Shown piece by piece: positions 44,076 through 51,368 of a stretch of DNA of 64,000 nucleotides. The DNA is from an uncultured Woeseiaceae bacterium (GTDB lineage: Bacteria > Pseudomonadota > Gammaproteobacteria > Steroidobacterales > Woeseiaceae), in the NCBI GenBank assembly GCA_964427415.1, contig CAYRUH010000006.1:7426-71425 (forward strand), read 5' to 3'. The position numbers and the translations under genes are program-made. Position 1 is the first letter of the stretch; each line of letters begins with the position of its first letter. The notes under the pieces were generated by a model. That model searched no databases. It had not been told where the DNA came from and saw only the letters and a list, made by a program, of their open reading frames with translations.

Positions 44076-46421
44076 TCACAGCGTGGCCAGCAACTCCTCC
44101 GCTTCCTGCCGATGCGCATAGTCGTCATCGGCAGCCGACCAAACTTCGAGCGCGGATTCCAGCAGCGGCCTCGCGCGTGCCGGGTCACCTTCACCGATAT
44201 GGACCTTGGCGAGTGTCAGCTTGGCGAAACCGTAGGTCGGGAACACCTTCAGCACGCGCTCGAGCACGTCGCGGGCCTTTTCCGGCGCGCCCGCCTCGAG
44301 GTACAGCTCGGCGATGGCGACGTAGACCGACGATGAACTGAGATTGCCGACCATTACCTGCAGGATGGACTTGTCCAGCAGCTCGCGGGCGCGGTCCGTT
44401 TCGCGGATGGCCGTCGCGAAATCGCCGTCCCAGATCGCGATCTTGGCGGTCTCGGTGGCGATGAACGACTTGAAGATCTCGGGATACTGGCCCATCGACT
44501 GCCGGCTCATCGCCGCGCGCTCCCGGAATGCCTCGCGGTCGTCGGTGCGGGCATGGATCTCCGTATAGGTGAAGTTCATGAACGCGTCGAAGGGCGGCTG
44601 CAGCTGTGCGGAAATCGCGTCGGCATTCGCGAGTGCCTCGTCGAAGCGTCCGAGCAGCAGCAGCAGGCTGGAGCGCTGGTTCTCCAGGTTCATCAACCGC
44701 ACCATCGGCGGCACGAAGGTCCGGCTGAGTTCGACAATCTCTACATGCAGAGCGAGCGCGCGCTCGACCTGTCCGCGCACGAGCGCGATTTCGGTCTGCG
44801 CGCTCAGCACCTCCACTCGCTGCTCCGGGTTGAGCGAATCGCTCAGCTGCGCAGCCAGGCGTTGTTCCGCCGCGGTGTAGTCGCCACGGGCTGCCTCGAT
44901 GCGGGCCAGTGCCAGCTCCGAGGCACGGGGGGCGTCGGCCAGCACCGCCGCATCCTCGAGCGATGCCCGGGCCTTGTCCAGATCGCCGGCGGCCTGGTAG
45001 ACGGCGGCCAGCTGTCGGTGCGCGCCGGCGCTATCGGGCCGGCTCTCCAGGTACAGCCTCAGGTAATTCGCGGCGGCCTCGTAGTCACCGCGTTGCTGCT
45101 CCAGGCCGGCCATCTGGCGATAGACGCCGACCGCCAGCGGGTCGAGTTCCAGTAGGCGGTCGTAGGCGGCGCGCGCCTTCTCCAGACCCTCGTCGCCGCC
45201 CTGCAGCCGTGCCAGCCGCGCCTGCTGCTCGTAGGCCCGGGTGGCGTTCGGCTGTACCTCCGTCCACATGTCGAGCACCCGCAGTGCGCGTTCGTAGTCG
45301 CCGTCGAAGACGTAGCGGTTCGCTCTCAGCACGAACCGGCTGGCCTCCGAGAGACGGTAGCTGTTCCTGAGGCCCGCTGCGGCGGCGGCCCGCGCAGACT
45401 CGATATCGCCTGCCAGGTAATAGGAGATCGAGAGTTCGCCGCTGGCCTCGGCGAAATCGGGGTCTTCCTCGAGCGCGCGGCCCAGTTCGGCGATGCCCTG
45501 CTCGAAATCGTTGTTCAGGCCGATCGCGACGATGCCGGTGGTGTAGTGCCGCAGCGCTTCCAGCGAGTCGCTGAAATGCTGCGCGAGCGGGTCGTCGCTG
45601 CGGTTCTCGCCCGGCGAGATGTCCAGGTAATCCAGCAGGGCCTCGCTGACGTCGTCGACGCCGGCCAGCCAGTCGTCGGCGGCTACGGTGTGGGTGCCGA
45701 TCTCGTCGCCACTCTCGGCGTCGATCAATTTGGCAGTGATGATCAGCGTATCGCCGTCGGTCCTGAACCGGCCGGTGATGAATGCGGCGCTGCGGCGGTC
45801 TCTGACGATCTGCACGCGCAGTGCGGGGGGTTCGTCGCGCAGCGAGTCGTAACCGCGGTCCCGGAGCTCGCTCTTCAGCGAGGTCGAATCGAGCGGTGTC
45901 TCCACGGTGACCACCGGCGATACACGATTCATGTCGTGGGAGAGCATGAAGGGGAGGCCGTAGGTCAGCCAGTCCAGATCGCTGTTGCCGGACTGGTTCT
46001 CCCAGAAGAAGGCGACGACCTCCCGGTGATAGCCCTGCCGGGCCACCTCGAATTCCCGCACGGCGCCGGTCTCGTCGGTGACCTGCACGGTCTCGGTCGC
46101 CGCCTCGACAAGAAGCGACGGTCCGGTGACGTAAAGTATGCCGACCGCGAGCGCGGCGTTCAGCGGGATGACCACCCGTTCGGTGCGGGTCCAGCGGTCC
46201 TTGCCCGGCGCGCCGTGGTTGTAGGCAAAGAGGATGACCGCCGGCAACATCACCAGCATGGCGACGAACACGTAGGAAGTCAGGTTCGGCGGCAGGGCGG
46301 AACGCTCGCTGACCCAGTCGCCGAGCTCGATCACCAGCCATGACGCCGCGATGTACATGCCGACAATCTGCGGCACGCGCCGGTGCATCAGGTTGTGCAG
46401 CACTGAGCCCTCGGCGGACAT
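44076..46421 (-). CDS. membrane-anchored tetratricopeptide-repeat (TPR) protein
   Basis: 781-aa ORF. Three N-terminal TM segments, a middle domain, then many TPR-like helical pairs (e.g. GDYEAAANYLRLYLESRPDSAGAHRQLAAVYQAAGDLDKA). Confidence 0.8.
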   Translation of the reverse strand: MSAEGSVLHNLMHRRVPQIVGMYIAASWLVIELGDWVSERSALPPNLTSYVFVAMLVMLPAVILFAYNHGAPGKDRWTRTERVVIPLNAALAVGILYVTGPSLLVEAATETVQVTDETGAVREFEVARQGYHREVVAFFWENQSGNSDLDWLTYGLPFMLSHDMNRVSPVVTVETPLDSTSLKSELRDRGYDSLRDEPPALRVQIVRDRRSAAFITGRFRTDGDTLIITAKLIDAESGDEIGTHTVAADDWLAGVDDVSEALLDYLDISPGENRSDDPLAQHFSDSLEALRHYTTGIVAIGLNNDFEQGIAELGRALEEDPDFAEASGELSISYYLAGDIESARAAAAAGLRNSYRLSEASRFVLRANRYVFDGDYERALRVLDMWTEVQPNATRAYEQQARLARLQGGDEGLEKARAAYDRLLELDPLAVGVYRQMAGLEQQRGDYEAAANYLRLYLESRPDSAGAHRQLAAVYQAAGDLDKARASLEDAAVLADAPRASELALARIEAARGDYTAAEQRLAAQLSDSLNPEQRVEVLSAQTEIALVRGQVERALALHVEIVELSRTFVPPMVRLMNLENQRSSLLLLLGRFDEALANADAISAQLQPPFDAFMNFTYTEIHARTDDREAFRERAAMSRQSMGQYPEIFKSFIATETAKIAIWDGDFATAIRETDRARELLDKSILQVMVGNLSSSSVYVAIAELYLEAGAPEKARDVLERVLKVFPTYGFAKLTLAKVHIGEGDPARARPLLESALEVWSAADDDYAHRQEAEELLATL

Positions 46422-46632
46422 GGGCCGGCCCTTCTCTCCCTGCCAGCGGCGAGTATAGCCGATCGGCTGTCAAGGCTATCGACCGCTGTATAGCGTTTGT
46501 CAGATTCGGGGAAACGAGGCACCAATGCGTTTGTCGGTGAACAAAGCCCTGCCCCGGATGCGCGTTCTGCCAGACAGCGGTATCGCTTCTGCGGTGCTGC
46601 AGGAGCACCGGTCCGGCGTTCGAAAGATACGC

Positions 46633-47076
46633 TCAGGTGGCGGGTTCATTACCGTCGTCGATGAATTCGATGCCTTCCTGCTCGCACCACTCCCGCAGGG
46701 CAGCAAGCGTTTCGGACTCCTCGTATCGATACCACTGTTCCAGCTGATCGTTGCGCTCGAGCAACGCCTTGAAGCGGGAATACGCGCCCTTGCTGCGAAA
46801 GATATCTCGGACCTCATCATAAAACTCCGGCAGCTCCGCGCGAACAAATCGGAACACCAGGCTCTTTCCCAGGTCCAGGTCCATCTTGTGCGGAACGGCG
46901 ATATACAAAGCCGGATTATCAACATCGTCGGGCGCCGGTTCCGTATCAGCGACAGCCTCGGACACCCAGAAAATTTCGCCAGCCTGCCGTGATATGTAGG
47001 CGGCACATTCGTACAGTGCAAGGGAGCTGACGAAATCGTACGCCAGCTCCAGATCCTTGAGTCTTACCCGGGTCAT
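46633..47076 (-). CDS. hypothetical acidic protein (putative integron cassette ORF)
   Basis: 147-aa ORF in the lower-GC block. Its ATG lies 17 nt after the GTTAGAC core of the upstream attC-like site. No family recognised with confidence. Confidence 0.6.
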   Translation of the reverse strand: MTRVRLKDLELAYDFVSSLALYECAAYISRQAGEIFWVSEAVADTEPAPDDVDNPALYIAVPHKMDLDLGKSLVFRFVRAELPEFYDEVRDIFRSKGAYSRFKALLERNDQLEQWYRYEESETLAALREWCEQEGIEFIDDGNEPAT

Positions 47077-47093
47077 TTTGCTGTTCGCCGGCT

Positions 47094-47189
47094 GTCTAAC
47101 GTTCGAGCACAGCCGTGGGCAGCATCATGCCGGTGACCGAGGGCTGCAACAAGGGGTCAGGCCACGCTGTGCGCCGCGCCCCGTTCAAG
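47094..47189 (-). other. attC-like recombination site (about 96 nt)
   Basis: Minus strand reads CTTGAAC (overlaps the TGA stop of ORF 47185..47631)-GGGGCGCG-GCACAGCGTGG...CCAC[G]GCTGTGC-TCGAAC-GTTAGAC. Terminal AAC/GTT triplets are present, the 3' core fits GTTRRRY, and the internal arms pair with one bulged G. Confidence 0.5.
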
Positions 47190-47631
47190 AGCTGCGAACC
47201 ACCTGGATATTGAACTCCAGACGGATCTCTTCAAGCGATCGATCCAGGTAGTCGATGTGCTCAGCCCACGGCCAAGGCTTGCTCATTTGCCTGGCGCAGA
47301 TGAATGCGCGGGGCGACTTGGCAACCAGCTTGAAGATGTGCCGCGCGAGGTGGCGCCAGCTGTACTGCTTGAACAGGGCGAAAGCATCAGCCTCGGCATA
47401 ACCAGTGAGGTGCTTCCAAAAGCCCAGGGTGGTTCCAAAGATGGTGAATATCTTCAGCACACCCTCTCCGAAAAGCGAGGTATCGCAGCCGAAGATAACA
47501 TGCGCCGTGTCATGGCAGCGGAAAAATTCCTGCGCTTCAGGTGACACATCTCTTGCGGAGAATACGGCGGCATTTTGTTCATAGAACCGCCTGACACCCT
47601 CTCGAAGGGTAAGTGCAGTGTCGATATTCAC
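47185..47631 (-). CDS. Coq4-like metal-motif protein (putative integron cassette ORF)
   Basis: 148-aa ORF (GTG start) preceded by the AAGGAAGGAAG Shine-Dalgarno sequence. Contains CHDTAHVIFGCDTSLFGE, i.e. HDxxH-x11-E exactly. Confidence 0.65.
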   Translation of the reverse strand: MNIDTALTLREGVRRFYEQNAAVFSARDVSPEAQEFFRCHDTAHVIFGCDTSLFGEGVLKIFTIFGTTLGFWKHLTGYAEADAFALFKQYSWRHLARHIFKLVAKSPRAFICARQMSKPWPWAEHIDYLDRSLEEIRLEFNIQVVRSS

Positions 47632-47655
47632 CGGGTGCCGCTTCCTTCCTTAGCT

Positions 47656-47720
47656 GCCTAACGCCTAACGCCTCGCTTCAGCCGCGCGACAATCGCCTCA
47701 GCTGCAAGCGTTGGTTATGC
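47656..47720 (-). other. attC-like recombination site (58-65 nt, 3' core duplicated)
   Basis: Minus strand reads GCATAAC-CAA-CGCTT[G]CAGC-TGAGGCGATTGTCGCGCG-GCTGAAGCG-AGGC-GTTAGGC-GTTAGGC. The 5' 7-mer is 6/7 complementary to the GTTAGGC core (GTTRRRY). The arms pair perfectly apart from one extrahelical G. The next ORF's RBS starts 4 nt downstream. Confidence 0.6.
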
Positions 47721-47756
47721 ATTGTTACATGAACCTTCGACGCCTGAATGCGGACA

Positions 47757-48527
47757 CTCCACCTGCCAGCGAGATTTGTAGAGTGCGCAAACGGTCAGGG
47801 CCGGCGAAAGGTGTGGTTGGTCAGGAATACCAGGCTTTTGCGGGTATCGGGGTCGCGATAGCGGATACGCCGCAAGTACGCCGGGTAGTTTTGCGAGGCG
47901 TAGAAGCCGTTCAATGCCACGGTCTGGTCGCAGATCAGTCCGCAGCTGCGATCGACGGGGGCAGAGTACAGTCGCCGCGCATCGAGGTTTTTCTTGGCGC
48001 GAGTGACGAAGAAGCTGCCGGCCTGATTGAGGCGATAGACCCGCTCAAAGTCGAGATAGCCGCGATTCATGATGTAGAAGGCGCCCGGCTCGGGCAGCAG
48101 CATATCGAGGATGTTGACGTCGTGGAGGCGCCCGTCGGAGACGTGAATAAAGCTGGGGATCGCCCCCCCGCAGGTCGAGCAAGGTATGCACCTTCACCGC
48201 CGCCTTGGTGCTGCGGAAATTCGCCCATGGGAACAACGACAGACACAGATCGATCGTGGTGGAGTCGAGTGCATAAACGGTGTTATCGAGTTCCGCCCCG
48301 AGCGAGTCGCTGGCGTAGAGCTTGCGGGCTTGCGCTGCGAGGCAGCTCTCGATGTCGCGCAGGCTCTCGCGATAGGTGAGCTGGGCGAAGGCCGTGACGC
48401 GGAACTGCTCGGCGCAGGGCAGCGTGCGAATCCGATGGTTGCCTTGGTATCGCTTCACGATGCGGTGGAAGGTGGTCCACGGCAGGAAGTCCATGACTTG
48501 GGCGAACAATGTCTTGCCGGCATACAT
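47757..48527 (-). pseudogene. IS4-family (DUF4372 + DDE) transposase, two frameshifts and 3'-truncated
   Basis: Track ORFs 48045..48527 and 47795..48103 are consecutive parts of one transposase (MYAGKTLFAQVMDFLPWTTF...LTYRESLRDIE...LDLRG / IPSFIHVSDGRLHDVNILD...FVTRAKKN...). The frame changes at the C7 run 48163-48169 and again near 47806-47812. A third frame continues ALTVCALYKSRWQVE, then homology stops at about 47757. The expected C-terminal quarter is absent. Confidence 0.8.
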
Positions 48528-48939
48528 CGGCGTTCCTCGGAAACGGGGTTCCGAGACGGTCTCCGAGAGGGCAAGTCAGGTTCAAGTCGAAACCACCTCA
48601 AAAGGGCCGTTTTTGAAAATCAAATCAGACGCTTGGCTGCAGGCCCGGCGCAGTTAACCGGACAGTAGTGATGGCAGGACTAATTCGCGCATTACGTTTA
48701 CTTTGCCGTCGGATTAGCATTCTTCTTCTGGGCTCCACCAAGGATTGCTGCTGCAGCAGCTGCATAGATAGCTGCAACTGATCCGTAGATAGACGGCGTG
48801 CCGGGAATTGACGAAGACATTGCAATGCCGATAAACAGGCCAGCACCGCCGAAAGCAATTCCGGCGAGCGCATATGTGTATCTAGCCGTCGTTGTATTCC
48901 TTGTTCGGTGTCAAGAACGACTCGATCTATTGAAACCTA

Positions 48940-49028
48940 GCATAACGACGTACATGAGGGGCGTTTTTTTGGGAGGGTAGCCCGAAGGGCGCGGCAGGAA
49001 AACATCCCAGCCCATGTACTTGTTAGCC
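48940..49028 (-). other. attC-like recombination site (89 nt)
   Basis: Minus strand reads GGCTAAC-AA-GTACATGGGC...CCCCTCATGTAC-GTC-GTTATGC. The terminal 7-mers approximate RYYYAAC/GTTRRRY and are 5/7 complementary. There is a perfect 7-bp inner stem GTACATG/CATGTAC with flanking bulges. Confidence 0.6.
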
Positions 49029-49057
49029 ATCAAATACACCGCGGTAAACACGCTTGA

Positions 49058-49132
49058 TTAACCTCAATGTGGCAATAAATCAGGCCGCGATTTCCCGTTC
49101 GACTGCCTGATTTATTGCTACATTGAGGTTAC
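49058..49132. mobile_element. 75-bp miniature element made of two IS1380-type terminal inverted repeats (MITE-like, internally deleted IS)
   Basis: TAACCTCAATGTGGCAATAAATCAG (49059-49083) and its reverse complement with one mismatch (49107-49131), separated by 23 nt. The left about 50 nt match the left end of the IS remnant at 54982-55031 with 4 mismatches, including the last transposase codons (AVEREIAA* versus AVERAIAA*). Confidence 0.75.
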
Positions 49133-49240
49133 TCCCCTCTCTTATTCCGATTGTGCAAGCCTTTATACTACAAAAATAGCAGTAGTCAGGGATGTTGGAG
49201 TTCGCTAGGTTCCGGCAGGAGACAATGGGAGGATTCAGCA

Positions 49241-50542
49241 ATGCGATGGTTGTGCGGATTGGTACTGGTATTTTCAACGTTCAATTCCGGATTTATTGCA
49301 GCCGAAGCTACGGCATCGAACCAATCCGAAATTGTCGTTGCCTGGAATGAAGTCATTTTTAAGATGGCAGAGGCCGAGGACGGCTTTCTCACTCTGAAAG
49401 GGGTTCGTACGGCGGCAATGACACATCTCGCCATCCACGATGCGATATCGCACATCCACGATCAGTTCTCGACTGTCAGACATGACAAATCAGACAAAAA
49501 TGCAGAATCCGTCGCTGCAGCAAGCCAGGCCGCATTCACCATTGCCGTTGACCAGTATCCGGACCAATTAGCGACTCTCGACGCCCTAAATGATCGGTGG
49601 CTGGCAACTGTTGCGAGCGGAGGCGCGAAACAGAAGGGAATTGCGCTCGGTGAAGCGGCAGCGAATGCGGTTCTTAACGATCGAGCGGATGACGGCTGGG
49701 ATACCTCCGCCGACTACAAGTGGCACCCAATGGCCCCGGGGGTTTACGCAGAGTTTTCCGAGCACAGCGACACTCCGCAGGGTTTCATCTTTGGCGCTGG
49801 TTGGGGGAGTGCAAAAGGATTTGCATTAACGAGCCCGGATCAGTTTCGCTCGCCACCGCCGCCAACCATCGAAAGCGATGCCTACGCAAAGGCGTTTAAC
49901 GAAGTAAAATACGTTGGCCGATTCCAAAGCCTTGGTCGAAGCCCGGATCAGACTCATTTGGCGCTTTGGTGGAAAGACTTTGCGGAAAATTCGCACAATC
50001 GACTTGCGCGCGATCTCGCCATTAAAGAGAATCTGACACTATCCGAATCCGCAAGACTGTTCGCGTTGTTGAACGCGAGCATCTTCGACGCGTATGTCAG
50101 CGTATTCAATAACAAGTTTCACTACAATCATTGGCGACCTTATACCGCCATTCGCTGGGCGGCTAACGACGGCAACCCGAATACGGAGGCAGAGGAAAGC
50201 TGGACCAACACCCACCGCCACACCTATGCCTTTCCGTCCTATCCGTCAGCTCACGGAACAGCCTGTGCTGCAGCAATGTCCACGTTCGCAGAGGTGTTTG
50301 GAGACGATTACGCATTCACGATGCGCACTCCGATGGTCGATATCGCGGGACCGTTTTCCGGGAAGATCGAGATGCATCCGCCCACACGTGAGTTTGACAA
50401 TTTTTCCGAAGCTGCTGCGGAATGTGCCATCTCACGACTCTATCTAGGCATTCATTTTCGCTATGACTCCGATGCAGGTTATGAACTTGGTCAGCAAGTT
50501 GGACGCCAGGTGATCGAAAATCTACTGACACAAGTCCCGTAG
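49241..50542 (+). CDS. secreted PAP2-superfamily protein, vanadium-haloperoxidase / acid-phosphatase-like
   Basis: Start at ATG 49241 (MRWLCGLVLVFSTFNSGFIAAEA signal peptide). Three PAP2 motifs: KFHYNHWRP (KxxxxxxRP), PSYPSAHG (PSGH-type) and SRLYLGIHFRYD (SRxxxxxHxxxD). Confidence 0.8.
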   Translation: MRWLCGLVLVFSTFNSGFIAAEATASNQSEIVVAWNEVIFKMAEAEDGFLTLKGVRTAAMTHLAIHDAISHIHDQFSTVRHDKSDKNAESVAAASQAAFTIAVDQYPDQLATLDALNDRWLATVASGGAKQKGIALGEAAANAVLNDRADDGWDTSADYKWHPMAPGVYAEFSEHSDTPQGFIFGAGWGSAKGFALTSPDQFRSPPPPTIESDAYAKAFNEVKYVGRFQSLGRSPDQTHLALWWKDFAENSHNRLARDLAIKENLTLSESARLFALLNASIFDAYVSVFNNKFHYNHWRPYTAIRWAANDGNPNTEAEESWTNTHRHTYAFPSYPSAHGTACAAAMSTFAEVFGDDYAFTMRTPMVDIAGPFSGKIEMHPPTREFDNFSEAAAECAISRLYLGIHFRYDSDAGYELGQQVGRQVIENLLTQVP

Positions 50543-50681
50543 CCCTTCAAACGCGGAATAGTCACTCACGTTTGCCGCAAGAACGGTTGTACTGCGCAGA
50601 AGAGCCCGACGGCAACTGAACCAATTGGGCTTTCCACTTCGACAATACCGAACCGGAGACGCCGTCGGACTGAGCCTGTGC

Positions 50682-51257
50682 CTATCTTGGCTTCCACGTT
50701 TCCTTATCCATCACGAAATACTTTGCGTCGGGCGCGCTGGCAATGCGCTTGCCAAACGGCGTCATGCCCAGCCGCTCCATTACTTGAAACGACCCGGTGT
50801 TCGGTAAGTCGGCACCGGCGATAACTCGCGGTATCTCCAAGGTGTTGAATGAGTACTCGAGCAGTGCCGCTGACGCTTCGGTGGCATACCCCATCCCCCA
50901 AACGTTGGGGTGCAGTCCGTAGAGAAGTTCAACTTCACTCGACCCTTCAGGATGTCGAAGGGCAACAAAGCCTATAAGCTCGTTGCCGGCCGGGTGCGCG
51001 TTTTCACGCAGCGTCCAGAGACCCAGTCCTTCGTTTTTCGCGTCCTCCATGCTGGATACAACCGTTTCGCAGGCTCGCGAGGCTGAAATTTTCGCGTCGT
51101 CCCAAAGATACCTGCGAACTGCGGGCAGCGCCCAAAGTGCGTGGAGCCGACTGACATCTGCCTCCCTCACACGGCAGAGACTCAACCGCTCAGTGGTAAT
51201 GATCGCGCTCACAACCTCAAACTCCCACAGATCGCTCCAAGGCACGTAACACCGCAA
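50682..51257 (-). CDS. GNAT-family N-acetyltransferase (RimJ/RimL-like)
   Basis: 191-aa ORF. TERLSLCRVREAD...IGFVAL...WGMGYATEA...LEIPRVIAGADLPNTGSFQVMERLGM. The start may be an internal GTG. Confidence 0.85.
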   Translation of the reverse strand: MRCYVPWSDLWEFEVVSAIITTERLSLCRVREADVSRLHALWALPAVRRYLWDDAKISASRACETVVSSMEDAKNEGLGLWTLRENAHPAGNELIGFVALRHPEGSSEVELLYGLHPNVWGMGYATEASAALLEYSFNTLEIPRVIAGADLPNTGSFQVMERLGMTPFGKRIASAPDAKYFVMDKETWKPR

Positions 51258-51368
51258 GAGGTGGACATAGCCTTACGTCGCAATGGTCGTCGCAATATCA
51301 AGGCAATTGTCTTGACATCGATCCGCTTCACACTACATTTGAATCGCGATCGATGCGTACACACGAAC

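Noticed and set aside
46509-46624. Fourth attC-like site at the left end of the array.
   Set aside because: Kept only as a mention within the array finding. Its 3' 7-mer (GTTTCCC) violates GTTRRRY, and arm pairing needs two G-T pairs and a bulge. That is too degenerate to call as a feature.
48625-48873. 82-aa track ORF in the cassette between the attC-like sites.
   Set aside because: The translation is implausible. A different minus-strand frame gives a convincing glycine-zipper-like membrane peptide (...YALAGIAFGGAGLFIGIAMSSSIPGTPSIYGSVAAIYAAAAAAILGGAQKKNANPTAK*, stop at 48698). However, that frame has no ATG/GTG/TTG start before the internal ATG at 48820, leaving only 40 aa. It is either a degraded cassette gene or a very small peptide, so it is not called as a feature.
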